The translations under genes were made by a program, and so were the position numbers. This document shows, one piece after another, positions 1 to 10,013 of a stretch of DNA of 64,000 bases. Every line of letters starts with the position of its first letter. The first letter of the stretch is position 1. Below the pieces are notes generated by a model. That model did not search any database. It was not told where the DNA came from and was given only the letters and a program-made list of their open reading frames with translations. Source of the DNA: Candidatus Kaiserbacteria bacterium (GTDB taxonomy: Bacteria > Patescibacteriota > Minisyncoccia > Phycocordibacterales > Phycocordibacteraceae); contig JAHFMJ010000002.1 of assembly GCA_023269035.1 (NCBI GenBank), positions 12,671 through 76,670 on the forward strand, given 5' to 3'.

Positions 1-57
1 GAAGTCAACGAATCTTGAAACCAAAGAATCAGGTGCTGAATTTTTGGTACGAAAGCA

Positions 58-639
58 ATGAGTCGGGAGATCACCACGCGAGGGCTCGTCATAGGTCGTC
101 GTTCAGCCGGCGAGGGAAGCCTCCGGATCTTGCTGTATACGGACGCATTGGGCCTCGTAGAGGCGCTCGCCAAGAGTGCACGCGAGGAACGTTCAAAATT
201 GCGTGCACACCTGCAAGAAGGGACACTCGGAACCTATACCCTTGTCCGCGGCCGGGACGTGTGGCGAGTCACTGGCGCATATAAGACGCAGAACGCATAC
301 CTCGTGCTGAGGGAGCGCCCGGAGAACCTCGAAGTTGCGGCGCGCGTCATTGGCACCGTCCGGCAGTTCGTGCGCGGAGAGGATACCGACCCCTATCTTT
401 TTCAGTGCGTTGCCGGTTTCCTTGAAGCGCTGCCGCTTTTGCAGCAAGAAACGGTCGCGCAGGCGGAATGCGTGGTGGTCTTGCGCGTGCTCTCCGCGCT
501 CGGCTACGTTCGTTCGGATATTACTTTCGCCGGGCTTCTCGACACTCGCTATGATGCCGAGACGCTCGAGGAGGTCTCTCGCATGCGGCCCGCGCTCGTA
601 CGCGCTATCAACGAGGGTATTGCAGCGAGCGGCCTCTAA
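58..639 (+). CDS. recO: DNA repair protein RecO-like
   Basis: 193-aa ORF. The N-terminal OB-fold-like segment (RGLVIGRRSAGEGSLRILLYTDALGLVEALAKSAR) and overall length and composition resemble RecO. No search was run. Confidence 0.5.
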   Translation: MSREITTRGLVIGRRSAGEGSLRILLYTDALGLVEALAKSAREERSKLRAHLQEGTLGTYTLVRGRDVWRVTGAYKTQNAYLVLRERPENLEVAARVIGTVRQFVRGEDTDPYLFQCVAGFLEALPLLQQETVAQAECVVVLRVLSALGYVRSDITFAGLLDTRYDAETLEEVSRMRPALVRAINEGIAASGL

Positions 640-660
640 GCGCCGCGCTATAATGCGCGC

Positions 661-2529
661 ATGTCTGAAAATGACGCCTTGGAACGTCTTTCGAAGAAAC
701 TAGACGGCGGTAAGACAGCAGACCCTCTTCGCCGCTCAGAACTCCGTCGGCAGAGCGCTCCAGTGTCGCGAGAGTGGGAGATGGCGCCGCAGCGGACTAT
801 CGTTGCTCGCGTACGGAGCATGAACCCGCTCGAACTTGTCTTTGGCGGGTCGATCGCCTTTTTTGTCATCGCGCTCGTCGTCTCCGGACTTCTCTTTTTT
901 GGAGGGAATAACACGATCTCGACGAAAAATGTTGATGTTGCCGTGAACGGTCCAACCGAGATAGGTGCTGGCGCGACGCTCCCGCTCAATATCGTGATCA
1001 CCAACAGGAACGCGGTCCCGATGGAGCTTGCCGACCTCGTTGTCGAATTTCCTCCAGGGACACGCTCGGACACCGATGTCTCCGTCAATCTTCCGCGGAC
1101 CCGCCAATCTATTGGGACCATACAGCCCGGCGAGAGCATCAATCGCACGATACGCGCGGTCATGTTCGCTGCAGCCGGCTCTGACGTCGTGGTCAAAGTA
1201 TCCGTTGAGTATCGCATCGCGTCGTCGAATGCCGTATTCGTCAGCGATGCAACATACACCGCGAAGATCAATCAGGCTCCCGCGTCCATCACCGTCGATG
1301 CGCTCAAAGAGGCCGTATCCGGGCAGGACGTCACGTTCAAGGTGTCTGTCACGTCCAACTCGCCGCTTCCGCTGAAGGATATGCTGCTCCTTGCGACGTA
1401 TCCGCCCGGGTTCACCTTTACTTCCGCGAGCCCGGTTCCCGTTGCTGGCAGCGCCGCGTGGGGGTTAGGTGACATCGAGCCGGGCGGCACGCGCTCCATT
1501 TCGGTCACCGGTCACTTTGTCGGCGAGGATGGCGACCAGAAAGTGATGCAATTCAGTGCCGGGAATAAGCAGTCGGGCACGGACGCAGCCATCGCTGCTC
1601 CGCTTGCCGCTACCGACATGACGCTCACGGTGACGAAGCCGTTCGTCTCAGTCGCGCTCGCGCTCGGAGGCGAGGTTACCGCAGAGCACACCGTGCAGCG
1701 GGGAGACGACATACGCGGCGATATCCGCTGGACAAACAACCTCCCGGTCGCCGTCCAGAATCTTGAGATCGAGCTCTCCTTTAAAGGACAGATACTTGAT
1801 CGCACCACCGTCTCGCCGCAGCGCGGGTTCTTCCGCTCTGTCGACCAGACGGCCCTCTGGAATACGGAGACCGACCCGCGGCTCTCGACCATCGGACCCG
1901 GAGAGTCCGGCGTCGCGTCCTTCTCGTTCAAGACGCTTCCGCAGAGCCAAGGCACCTTCAGGAATCCGGCACTTGATCTCACCGTCACTGTCCGAGCCCG
2001 TCGCCTCAGCGAGTCGAACGTTCCGGACACCGTCTCTTCCTCCGCAACCGCCCAAGTACTCGTCTCGACTGACCTCTCCCTTCTCTCCTCGCTTTCCAGG
2101 AGCGGCCCCTTCACTAATACCGGCCCAGTTCCACCCAAAGCAGACACTGAGACTACCTATACCGTGAGCTGGACGGCCGCGAACACGGCGAATGCAGTAG
2201 CAGACGCCTCCGCGAGTGCCGTGCTCCCGACCTATGTCCGGTGGAAGAACGCTGTTTCTCCCGACGGCTCTGGTATCACGTTCAATCCGGTCGGCGGGAT
2301 CGTCACCTGGGATATCGGCGATATCGCCGCAGGAGCATCGAAGACGGTCATGTTCCAGGTTGCGATCACGCCGTCGGTCTCGCAGGTAGGGTCGGCGCCG
2401 ACGGTCGTGGGCGATGAGCGCGTGTACGGCTTTGACCGCTTCACGCGCGGCAAGATCGAGAACACGACACCGTCCTTGACCACCGCGTCCGCGTCGGTTT
2501 CGCAGGGCAGTGGCACCGTGGTACCGTGA
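661..2529 (+). CDS. membrane-anchored surface protein with repeated Ig-like/DUF11-type beta domains
   Basis: 622 aa. An N-terminal hydrophobic anchor (LVFGGSIAFFVIALVVSGLLFF) is followed by about five repeats of roughly 100 aa with a recurring pattern (…VTFKVSVTSNSPLPLKD…, …NLEIELSFKG…, …YTVSWTAANTANAVAD…). This is typical of CARDB/DUF11-like cell-surface repeats. Confidence 0.5.
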   Translation: MSENDALERLSKKLDGGKTADPLRRSELRRQSAPVSREWEMAPQRTIVARVRSMNPLELVFGGSIAFFVIALVVSGLLFFGGNNTISTKNVDVAVNGPTEIGAGATLPLNIVITNRNAVPMELADLVVEFPPGTRSDTDVSVNLPRTRQSIGTIQPGESINRTIRAVMFAAAGSDVVVKVSVEYRIASSNAVFVSDATYTAKINQAPASITVDALKEAVSGQDVTFKVSVTSNSPLPLKDMLLLATYPPGFTFTSASPVPVAGSAAWGLGDIEPGGTRSISVTGHFVGEDGDQKVMQFSAGNKQSGTDAAIAAPLAATDMTLTVTKPFVSVALALGGEVTAEHTVQRGDDIRGDIRWTNNLPVAVQNLEIELSFKGQILDRTTVSPQRGFFRSVDQTALWNTETDPRLSTIGPGESGVASFSFKTLPQSQGTFRNPALDLTVTVRARRLSESNVPDTVSSSATAQVLVSTDLSLLSSLSRSGPFTNTGPVPPKADTETTYTVSWTAANTANAVADASASAVLPTYVRWKNAVSPDGSGITFNPVGGIVTWDIGDIAAGASKTVMFQVAITPSVSQVGSAPTVVGDERVYGFDRFTRGKIENTTPSLTTASASVSQGSGTVVP

Positions 2530-2536
2530 GGCATCT

Positions 2537-3859
2537 ATGGCTCAAGAAGCATTGATGGAAAAGATCGTCTCGCTGTGCAAGCGGCGCGGCTTTATCTATC
2601 CCGGCAGTGAGATCTACGGCGGCCTCGCTGGCACCTATGACTACGGACCTCTCGGCGTCGCTCTCAAAAACAACATTAAAAATCTTTGGTGGAAGATGTT
2701 CGTTACTGACAGGGAAGACATGTTTGGTATTGATGCTGCTATTTTGATGAATCCCAAAGCGTGGGAGGCCTCAGGGCATGTGGCAGGATTCTCTGATCCG
2801 CTTGTCGAGTGCAGTAATTGTAAAAACCGCTTTCGTGCGGATCATCTCGAAGACCCGGATGTTTGCCCTTCCTGCGGCAAGAAAGGAAGCCTTGGAGAGG
2901 CTCGTCAGTTCAACATGATGTTCGCCACTAAGGTCGGTGCGCTTGATGATGCATCTGCGACTATATACCTACGACCGGAAACTGCCGGCGGCATGTTCGT
3001 GAACTTCAAGAACATCGTTGACTCTTTCCACCCGAAACTCCCGTTTGGTCTCGGGCAAATAGGAAAGGCGTTTCGGAATGAAATCGCGCCGCGTGATTTC
3101 ATTTTCCGCTTGCGCGAACTCGAAGCCATGGAAGTGGAATATTTTATAAAACCAGAAGATTGGGAGCGCGCATTCGAGGAATGGCAGGAAATTATGCATG
3201 CATACGCGGACGAACTCGGTTTGCCAAAAGAATCAATACATGAACTAGAGGTTGCAGACGGTGACCGTGCGCACTACAGTAAACGCACGGTGGATTTCGA
3301 ATTTGACTATCCATTCGGTCGCAAAGAGCTATGGGGCCTAGCGTATCGGACTGATTTTGATCTTTTGGCGCATGAAAATTCCTCGAAGGTCACTCTTAAA
3401 TATCTCGATGAAGAGACGGGTGAAAAAATCACGCCTCATGTCATTGAGCCCGCACTTGGGGTCGACCGCACCATACTCGCGGTTCTCCTGTCTGCGTACA
3501 GGGAAGACGACCTTGGTGGAGAAACGCGTACGTACCTAAAGCTTCCTGCTATGCTTGCGCCGTACCAAGCCGCCATATTCCCCCTTCTTAAAAACAAGCC
3601 GGAATTAGTCGTTAGAGCACGCGAAGTATTCATGACTCTCAAGAAGGCAGGTGTTGCTGTGATTTTTGATGATAACGGCAACATCGGCAAGCGTTATCGC
3701 AGGCAAGATGAGATCGGCACGCCGTGGTGCGTCACCGTCGACTTCGACACATTGGGAGAAAAGCCTGAACTGAAAGACACAGTGACCGTACGTGACAGGG
3801 ATACTGGCGAACAAAAGCGGATCGGCATCGCTGAGCTGCCAAAAATGATGAAAATTTGA
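2537..3859 (+). CDS. glyQS: glycine--tRNA ligase (dimeric class II form)
   Basis: The N-terminus MAQEALMEKIVSLCKRRGFIYPGSEIYGGLAGTYDYGPLG matches the GlyRS alpha2-type signature. The ORF track starts at 2510, but the ATG at 2537 is the likelier start. Confidence 0.9.
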   Translation: MAQEALMEKIVSLCKRRGFIYPGSEIYGGLAGTYDYGPLGVALKNNIKNLWWKMFVTDREDMFGIDAAILMNPKAWEASGHVAGFSDPLVECSNCKNRFRADHLEDPDVCPSCGKKGSLGEARQFNMMFATKVGALDDASATIYLRPETAGGMFVNFKNIVDSFHPKLPFGLGQIGKAFRNEIAPRDFIFRLRELEAMEVEYFIKPEDWERAFEEWQEIMHAYADELGLPKESIHELEVADGDRAHYSKRTVDFEFDYPFGRKELWGLAYRTDFDLLAHENSSKVTLKYLDEETGEKITPHVIEPALGVDRTILAVLLSAYREDDLGGETRTYLKLPAMLAPYQAAIFPLLKNKPELVVRAREVFMTLKKAGVAVIFDDNGNIGKRYRRQDEIGTPWCVTVDFDTLGEKPELKDTVTVRDRDTGEQKRIGIAELPKMMKI

Positions 3860-3891
3860 CGGTCAGTTAGCTGGTAGGGTAGGGTACGTGG

Positions 3892-4152
3892 ATGGTGCGC
3901 TCAGAATTGGTATTCGTTGCCCTTTCGGCGCAAGATAGGATCGCGAAAAACAAAAGACTTCATGAACTAATGCGCCAAAGGACTTGGGCCATATGGGTGC
4001 TCCAGCTAGAGAGAAATGGATTGAAGGCGGCAGCGGGTTGGGCCCCCGAGAGAGTTGCCAAGATCGATGAGTGGTACGCTGACAATCTTGCTTCGATTGA
4101 AGTGAATTTTTCCAGAGCATGTGAGGAGCTGGATAGTCAATTCCCAGATTAA
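3892..4152 (+). CDS. hypothetical small protein (86 aa)
   Basis: An ORF fills the 335-nt gap between glyQS and the transporter gene. No recognisable motif. Confidence 0.2.
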   Translation: MVRSELVFVALSAQDRIAKNKRLHELMRQRTWAIWVLQLERNGLKAAAGWAPERVAKIDEWYADNLASIEVNFSRACEELDSQFPD

Positions 4153-4194
4153 TTTGGCCCTGTAGTGCTACAATAACAAGAAGACGGATTTTCC

Positions 4195-5265
4195 ATGAAC
4201 GACCAGCACCTCACTATTTCCATAAGCCCGCGCACCATCATTACTGCGATTTTGCTCGCGCTTTTGACGTGGGGGCTTTTTTACCTTAAGAACATCGTCC
4301 TCATCGTACTGACCGCAGTCGTGCTCTCTTCTTCCATAGAGCCCGCAGTCGCGTGGTTCATCAAGCGCGGGTTCCCGCGCTCCATGGGCGTGCTCGCTAC
4401 CTATCTCCTTATCTTTGGGACGGTCTTTGGCGTCTTTTATACCGTCATCCCACCGCTCTTGGATGAGGCCGGCGGCTTTCTTGCGCAGGTGCCGCAGTAC
4501 CTCAGTTCGCTACCTATCGAGCAGCTAGTGAATACTTCTTCGACGGTCGTCTCTACCGGTCAGGTGGTCGCGCATGAGAGCTCCCTCGCGCAAACCATAC
4601 TCGATTTCCGCAGTCTCTTCAGTTCGGCGAGCACAGGGACCTTCCGCGCGGTCTCCGGCATCTTCGGCGGGGTCATATCCTTCGTACTCGTTATCGTGCT
4701 GTCGTTCTATCTTGCCGTACAGGAAACAGGAATTGATGACTTCTTGCGGCTTGTCACCCCAGTCAAGCATCAGGACTATGTCGTCGGCCTTTGGAAACGC
4801 TCGCACAAGAAGATAGGCCTCTGGATGCAGGGGCAGGTGATGCTCTCGCTCCTCATCGGCGTGATGGTGTACCTCTGGCTCACTATCATCGGCGTCCCGT
4901 ACAGCCTCCTCCTCGCCATACTCGCGGCAATAACCGAACTCGTTCCGATCTTCGGCTCCTACATCGCCGCGGTTCCTGCCGTTGCCATCGCCGCGACCGC
5001 CGGGGGCGTGCCGCTCATGCTCTTCACCGCCGGGGGTTTCCTCGTCATCAATCAGCTCGAGGGGCATCTCATCTATCCGCTCGTGGTCAAGAAAGTGGTC
5101 GGCGTTCCGCCCTTGCTCGTCATTCTCGCCCTCATTACGGGCGCCCAGCTCGCAGGCTTCTTGGGAGTACTCCTTTCTGTTCCGTTCGCTGCCACTCTTC
5201 AGGAATTTGTCTCTGACATACAAAAGCGCAAAGAGCGCGAGCGCGCACATCTGGCCAAGGAATAA
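4195..5265 (+). CDS. AI-2E family transporter (PerM/UPF0118)
   Basis: 356 aa with multiple TM segments. The C-terminal conserved block (IYPLVVKKVVGVPPLLVILALITGAQLAGFLGVLLSVPFAA) is typical of the AI-2E family. Confidence 0.8.
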   Translation: MNDQHLTISISPRTIITAILLALLTWGLFYLKNIVLIVLTAVVLSSSIEPAVAWFIKRGFPRSMGVLATYLLIFGTVFGVFYTVIPPLLDEAGGFLAQVPQYLSSLPIEQLVNTSSTVVSTGQVVAHESSLAQTILDFRSLFSSASTGTFRAVSGIFGGVISFVLVIVLSFYLAVQETGIDDFLRLVTPVKHQDYVVGLWKRSHKKIGLWMQGQVMLSLLIGVMVYLWLTIIGVPYSLLLAILAAITELVPIFGSYIAAVPAVAIAATAGGVPLMLFTAGGFLVINQLEGHLIYPLVVKKVVGVPPLLVILALITGAQLAGFLGVLLSVPFAATLQEFVSDIQKRKERERAHLAKE

Positions 5266-6695
5266 TGTCTAAGTTCTATCTCACGACGCCGATTTTTTAT
5301 CCAAACGCGCGGCCTCATCTGGGCAACGTGTATCCAACCGTCATTGCTGATGCTCTCGCTCGTTATCATCGCTTGATGGGAGAGAGCACCTACTTTCTCA
5401 CCGGCACTGACGAGAATACTCAAAAAATGGTCGATGCCGCTACAAAGATTGGCACAGACCCGATCCGATTTCTTGACGGCACTGTCGCCGAGTTCAAGAA
5501 GACCTTTACTGACCTTTCTATTTCTTTCGACCAGTATATCCGCACGACCGATCAAGAAATCCATTGGCCGGGGGCGACCGCGCTCTGGCAGAAGTTCGTC
5601 GCCTCCGGGGATATTTATAAAAAAGAGTATGAAGGCCTCTACTGCGTCGGCCATGAAGCCTTTATCACCGAGAAGGATCTCGTTGATGGCAGGTGCCCTG
5701 AGCATGACACGGTACCGGAGCGTCTCAAGGAAGAGAATTATTTCTTTCGTCTCTCCAAGTATGCCGATGCGGTACGTGCGGTCATTCAAAGTGGCGAGTT
5801 GCGCATCCTCCCGCAAGAAAGGAAGAACGAAATACTCGCCTTTATCGGGCGCGGGCTCGAGGATGTCAGCTTTTCCCGCCCCCGCCGTACTCAGTGGCCT
5901 CAGGGCCTCGGGGTTCCCGTTCCCGGTGACGAGACGCAGGTGATGTATGTGTGGTGCGACGCTCTCGCAAATTACATAACAGCGATCGGATACGGACGCG
6001 ACGAAGCTCTGTTTACAACCTGGTGGCCAGCGGACCTTCACGTTATCGGCAAAGACCTCTTGCGCTTCCATGCCGCTATTTGGCCGGCGATGCTCCTATC
6101 GGCAGGACTCCCGTTACCCAAGGCCATCCTCGCACACGGGCTGATACTCTCTGGGGGTAAAAAGATGTCAAAGACGCTCGGCAATGTGATAGACCCGGTC
6201 GAGCTTATCGAGACCTATGGCTCTGATGCCGTACGGTACTATCTCTTACGGCACATCCCGCCGTTCTCGGACGGGGATATGACCGTCGAGGGCTTCAAGG
6301 AAGCCTACAACGGCAACCTGGCAAACGGCCTCGGAAATCTCGTCGCACGCATCATGAAGCTCGCCGAAGATAATCTTGAAGCGCCGATATCTCCGCCACC
6401 TGCCGCCATCCCGCCCGAGTGGAAAGCCTCCTTCGATTCTTTCGAACTCAACCGCGCGATGGATATCACCTGGGAGAAGATCCAAAAACTCGACCAACGA
6501 ATCACTGCGGAGGAGCCATTCAAGCTCATCAAGAGCGATCCGAAAAAAGGGAAAGCACTCATCGCGGAATTAGTCGCCGACCTCTACCACATCGTGCGCC
6601 TCCTTCACCCAGTGATGCCCGGGACGCATGAAAAGATAAAAGCTGCCATCCTTGCGAACAAAAAACCCGAAAACCTCTTTAACCGCTTCGACTGA
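5265..6695 (+). CDS. metG: methionine--tRNA ligase
   Basis: A HIGH-region variant (PNARPHLGNVY) and the KMSKS motif (KMSKTLGNVIDP) are present. Its start overlaps the previous gene's stop (TAATG). Confidence 0.9.
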   Translation: MSKFYLTTPIFYPNARPHLGNVYPTVIADALARYHRLMGESTYFLTGTDENTQKMVDAATKIGTDPIRFLDGTVAEFKKTFTDLSISFDQYIRTTDQEIHWPGATALWQKFVASGDIYKKEYEGLYCVGHEAFITEKDLVDGRCPEHDTVPERLKEENYFFRLSKYADAVRAVIQSGELRILPQERKNEILAFIGRGLEDVSFSRPRRTQWPQGLGVPVPGDETQVMYVWCDALANYITAIGYGRDEALFTTWWPADLHVIGKDLLRFHAAIWPAMLLSAGLPLPKAILAHGLILSGGKKMSKTLGNVIDPVELIETYGSDAVRYYLLRHIPPFSDGDMTVEGFKEAYNGNLANGLGNLVARIMKLAEDNLEAPISPPPAAIPPEWKASFDSFELNRAMDITWEKIQKLDQRITAEEPFKLIKSDPKKGKALIAELVADLYHIVRLLHPVMPGTHEKIKAAILANKKPENLFNRFD

Positions 6696-7516
6696 TGAAA
6701 CCGAAATACGTCGACATACACTGTCACCCCTATATGGGCGCGCTCCTTGAGCAGCAGGACGCGGTTATTGCGCGGATGAAAGAGGACGGGGTGATAGGGA
6801 TGGTGGTCGGCGTTGATGAGGCAACCTCGCAGCAGGCGGTCGCACTTGCGGAGAAATACGACCACCTCTACGCGACTATCGGCTTGCACCCGACCGATGT
6901 GCCAGCGGAAAATTTTGATATATCAAAATTTTCCGCTCTGGTAACGAGTCCGAAGGTGGTCGCCATAGGCGAGTGTGGCATTGATTTTTTTCGCATCACT
7001 GGTGATGTTGAGGCCGAGAAAAAACGGCAATGGCAGACATTTGAAGTACAAGTGGCATTTGCACTCAAGCACGACAAGCCGCTGATGATCCATTGCCGTC
7101 CATCGAAAGGAAGTATGGATGCGTATCTTGAGATGCTCGACTATCTTGAACCGCGCGTAAAAGAAAACCATTCACTCCGTGGCAACCTGCACTTTTTTGT
7201 CGGGAATCTTGATGTCGCGAAGCGCTTCTGGGCTATAGGCTTCACGACATCATTCACCGGTGTTTTGACCTTCACTCACGATTACGACGAAGTGGTAAAA
7301 GCTGCACCGCTCGATATGATACTTACCGAGACCGACGCCCCCTTTGCCGCTCCCTCTCCGTACCGCGGACAGACCAATTATCCTTCCTATGTACGGTACG
7401 TAGTAGAGGCGATTGCCCGCATCCGCGAAGAGTCTGAAGACAAAATTGCCGAAGCTGTCATGGCAAATGCGCGCCACCTTTTCGGTATTAGAGTAGGAAT
7501 TGCTTCAGAAAACTAA
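6695..7516 (+). CDS. tatD: TatD family metal-dependent hydrolase
   Basis: The opening VDIHCHPYM... and overall length are typical of TatD. It follows metG, a common arrangement. Confidence 0.85.
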   Translation: MKPKYVDIHCHPYMGALLEQQDAVIARMKEDGVIGMVVGVDEATSQQAVALAEKYDHLYATIGLHPTDVPAENFDISKFSALVTSPKVVAIGECGIDFFRITGDVEAEKKRQWQTFEVQVAFALKHDKPLMIHCRPSKGSMDAYLEMLDYLEPRVKENHSLRGNLHFFVGNLDVAKRFWAIGFTTSFTGVLTFTHDYDEVVKAAPLDMILTETDAPFAAPSPYRGQTNYPSYVRYVVEAIARIREESEDKIAEAVMANARHLFGIRVGIASEN

Positions 7517-7518
7517 CT

Positions 7519-8082
7519 ATGGTACGCTCCTCAGACATGGAAACAGACGTCATTGAGACTGAAATCGGCGACACGATTGGCATGGTTGATGATCCATCTG
7601 ACGGTGCCAAGCCGACCATCTACGAAGTGGGTTACAACCTGTTAGGGAGCCTCTCTGAAGACCAGGCGGTCTCAGGAGCAGGCGCGGTTCAGGCTATCCT
7701 TAAGTCCGAGGCCATAAGCTTTGTTGGCGAGCACGCTCCGGTCAAGATTTCCCTCGCATACACCATCACCAAGAAGGTAAATGGTAGGAACGAGCGTTTT
7801 GACAGCGCGTACTTTGGTTGGGTCGCCTTTGAGGCTCTTCCTGAAGCTGTTGTCCGTATCCAGGCAGCTCTTGAAGCAGAACAGAACATCCTCCGATTCA
7901 TACTGGTCCGGACAAGCCGAGACGCTGTTGCCGCAGCACAAAGCGGCGCAGTCGAGGCTCCCGTCTTGGGCAATATAGAAAAACCAAAACGCGAGGCTGA
8001 AGCTGGCGGCGAGGTCTCCGAGGCCGCACTCGAGCAAGCGCTCCAAAGCATGGCGACGGAGGACGCCAAGACCGCCGAATAA
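7519..8082 (+). CDS. rpsF: 30S ribosomal protein S6 with acidic C-terminal extension
   Basis: The core (YEVGYNLL…FGWVAFEALPEAVVRIQAALEAEQNILRFILVRT) is S6-like. It sits in an rpsF-ssb-rpsR operon context. The true start may be the internal Met at about 7582. Confidence 0.75.
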   Translation: MVRSSDMETDVIETEIGDTIGMVDDPSDGAKPTIYEVGYNLLGSLSEDQAVSGAGAVQAILKSEAISFVGEHAPVKISLAYTITKKVNGRNERFDSAYFGWVAFEALPEAVVRIQAALEAEQNILRFILVRTSRDAVAAAQSGAVEAPVLGNIEKPKREAEAGGEVSEAALEQALQSMATEDAKTAE

Positions 8083-8083
8083 T

Positions 8084-8527
8084 ATGTACCTCAACAAAGT
8101 TTTCCTTTACGGAAACCTGACACGCGATCCGGAGCTACGCGCGCTTCCGAGCGGCCAGCAGGTTGCCTCCTTCGCGCTTGCGACCAATCGCACGTACAAG
8201 AACAAAGAAGGGGAGAAGCAGGAGCAAGTCGAATTTCACAACGTTGTCGCCTTCGGCCGCCTTGCCGACCTCATCGGCCAGTACATGAAGAAGGGCCGGC
8301 CCATTTTCATCGAAGGCCGCATCCAGACCCGTTCATGGGAGAAAGACGGCGAGAAGAAGTACCGTACCGAGATAGTTATCGAGAACTTCCAATTCGGCCC
8401 ATCCGCTCCTGGCGCTATGGGAGGGGGTCGCGATGATGCTGCCGGCCCTTCACGAGCGGGAAGTGACAAATCAGCCGATATAGAGTATCCTTCCGAAGAA
8501 ATAAGCCCAGAGGATATACCTTTCTAA
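8084..8527 (+). CDS. ssb: single-stranded DNA-binding protein
   Basis: OB-fold SSB sequence (NKVFLYGNLTRDPELRALPSGQQVASFALATNR…) with an acidic C-terminal tail ending in DIPF. Confidence 0.9.
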   Translation: MYLNKVFLYGNLTRDPELRALPSGQQVASFALATNRTYKNKEGEKQEQVEFHNVVAFGRLADLIGQYMKKGRPIFIEGRIQTRSWEKDGEKKYRTEIVIENFQFGPSAPGAMGGGRDDAAGPSRAGSDKSADIEYPSEEISPEDIPF

Positions 8528-8531
8528 CACC

Positions 8532-8714
8532 ATGCCAGCACTTCCAAAATACGTAGACTACAAGAACGTCCAGTACCTGAAGACCTTCATGACACCGCAC
8601 GCGCGCATCATGGGTGCCCGTAAGACCGATATCCCTGCAGGCCACCAGCGCAAGGTGGAAGAAGCTATCAAGCGCGCACGCTTCATGGGGCTCCTCCCCT
8701 ACATCGCTCGATAA
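8532..8714 (+). CDS. rpsR: 30S ribosomal protein S18
   Basis: 60-aa S18 core (YVDYKNVQYLKTFMTPHARIMGARKTDIPAGHQRKV…). Confidence 0.9.
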   Translation: MPALPKYVDYKNVQYLKTFMTPHARIMGARKTDIPAGHQRKVEEAIKRARFMGLLPYIAR

Positions 8715-8749
8715 ATAAAAAAACCGCCGTGAAGGCGGTTTTTTTATTT
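8711..8749. terminator. bidirectional rho-independent terminator between rpsR (+) and efp (-)
   Basis: A GC hairpin (accgcc-gtgaa-ggcggt) is flanked by an A-run upstream and a T-run downstream. It lies between convergent genes. Confidence 0.6.
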
Positions 8750-9334
8750 CTTCTCCACGCGCTCCGTATACTCGCCAGTATCAGTGTTGATGCGGAGGAT
8801 GTCGCCTTCGTTGATGAAAAGGGGAGCGTTGACCGTCGCGCCGCCCTCAAGGGTGACGAGCTTGTTGCCGCCCTGGGCTGTGTTGCCTTTGACGGAGGGT
8901 GGCGCCTCAATGACCTTGAAATCCATCTTGATAGGTAGATCGACGCCGATGATCTCCTCGTTCCAAACCATGAGTTCGACGATGAGATCGGGCTTCAGGT
9001 ACTTCACTTTTTCACCAACCACCTCCTCTTGTATCGAAAAGCGGTCTTTCGGATTCTTCGGGTCGGCGAACCACGCTTCGCCGCGGTTGCGGTAGATGAA
9101 CTTTACCTCGCGCTCCTCGACGTCCGCCTCCTGCACCGTTTCGTTCTGGTGGAAGGAGACTTCGACGACCTTGCCGGTCTTGAGGTTGCGCATCTTGGTC
9201 TGATTGACCGGCTTCCTCTGTTGCATGCGGAAGACGTGCGAGGAGAGGACCTCGAACGGCTGGTCGTCGTAGACGATGAGTTTCTTAGGGACTATCTCGC
9301 TGTATGAGAGGACTGGCACAAGTGTAACCCCCAT
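8744..9334 (-). CDS. efp: elongation factor P
   Basis: Aligns along its length with EF-P (…KTGKVVEVSF…, …GEKVKYLKPDLIVELMVWNEEIIGVDLP…, …GNKLVTLEGGATVNAPLFINEGDILRINTDTGEYTERV). The loop region that carries the modified Lys is divergent. Confidence 0.8.
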   Translation of the reverse strand: MGVTLVPVLSYSEIVPKKLIVYDDQPFEVLSSHVFRMQQRKPVNQTKMRNLKTGKVVEVSFHQNETVQEADVEEREVKFIYRNRGEAWFADPKNPKDRFSIQEEVVGEKVKYLKPDLIVELMVWNEEIIGVDLPIKMDFKVIEAPPSVKGNTAQGGNKLVTLEGGATVNAPLFINEGDILRINTDTGEYTERVEKK

Positions 9335-9362
9335 AGGAGGATTGGAGTACTATACACGCTCT

Positions 9363-9986
9363 ATGCCGTATTCTCAAACGCTCTCTAGGGTTGCCCCGAT
9401 TGGGATATGGTCTAGTATAGGAGGGGTGGATGACCTCCTTTCATTGTCAGATGAGGCGCTTCTTGAGCTTTCTTTGCAGAGGCCAGGTGCATTCGAGATA
9501 CTCGTTGCGCGGTATCAGTCGCAGTTCTTGAGCCGCGCGCAGAGCGTGACGAGGAGCAGGGACACGGCCGAGGACGTGGTGCAGGACACCTTTGTCCGCA
9601 TCTACCGCTTCGCCCCGCGCTTCCGTGGGGAGGAGGGATCGTTCCGCGCATGGTCGCTGACCATCCTCATGAACGTCGCCCGCACTCACTACGCCAAGCA
9701 GGCGAGGCAACGCGGGCAGGTGGCGTCGCTCGACCCGGAGCACTACGAGTCGCTCGCCGACCTCTCGGTGCCCGACAAGGAAGGTCATGAAGGGTACGCG
9801 AAAGAGGTGATAGAGAAGGCGTTGGCGCTCGTCTCTCCCGAGGTGGCGCAGATACTGACCCTTGCGTACATCGATGACCTTCCGTACGCAGAGATCGCCG
9901 TGCGGCTCAGCATCTCCGTCCCTGCGGTCAAGACCAGGGTCCATCGGGCCAAGGCCGAGCTTCGCAAGGTAGTAGTACAAGAGTGA
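9363..9986 (+). CDS. RNA polymerase ECF-type sigma factor
   Basis: Sigma-70 region 2 (AEDVVQDTFVRIYRF…) and region 4 HTH (ILTLAYIDDLPYAEIAVRLSISVPAVKTRVHRAKAELR) are present. The start was trimmed to the first ATG after the efp overlap. Confidence 0.8.
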   Translation: MPYSQTLSRVAPIGIWSSIGGVDDLLSLSDEALLELSLQRPGAFEILVARYQSQFLSRAQSVTRSRDTAEDVVQDTFVRIYRFAPRFRGEEGSFRAWSLTILMNVARTHYAKQARQRGQVASLDPEHYESLADLSVPDKEGHEGYAKEVIEKALALVSPEVAQILTLAYIDDLPYAEIAVRLSISVPAVKTRVHRAKAELRKVVVQE

Positions 9987-10013
9987 TACACTTTAGCAAT
10001 TAGAAATTTATAT

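Noticed and set aside
15-284. TTG-initiated 89-aa ORF overlapping recO
   Set aside because: It is out of frame with the RecO-like ORF, which has the better protein-like composition.
648-1271. Long antisense ORFs opposite confident genes. Examples: 648-1271(-), 4525-5250(-), 5199-6071(-), 1512-2147(-), 26650-27363(-), 31642-32547(-), 40393-41094(-), 46694-47536(-), 48809-49747(-), 55219-56358(-).
   Set aside because: High GC produces long stop-free antisense frames. Their compositions are Arg/Ala/Pro-rich and non-protein-like. Each overlaps a gene with clear family signatures on the other strand.
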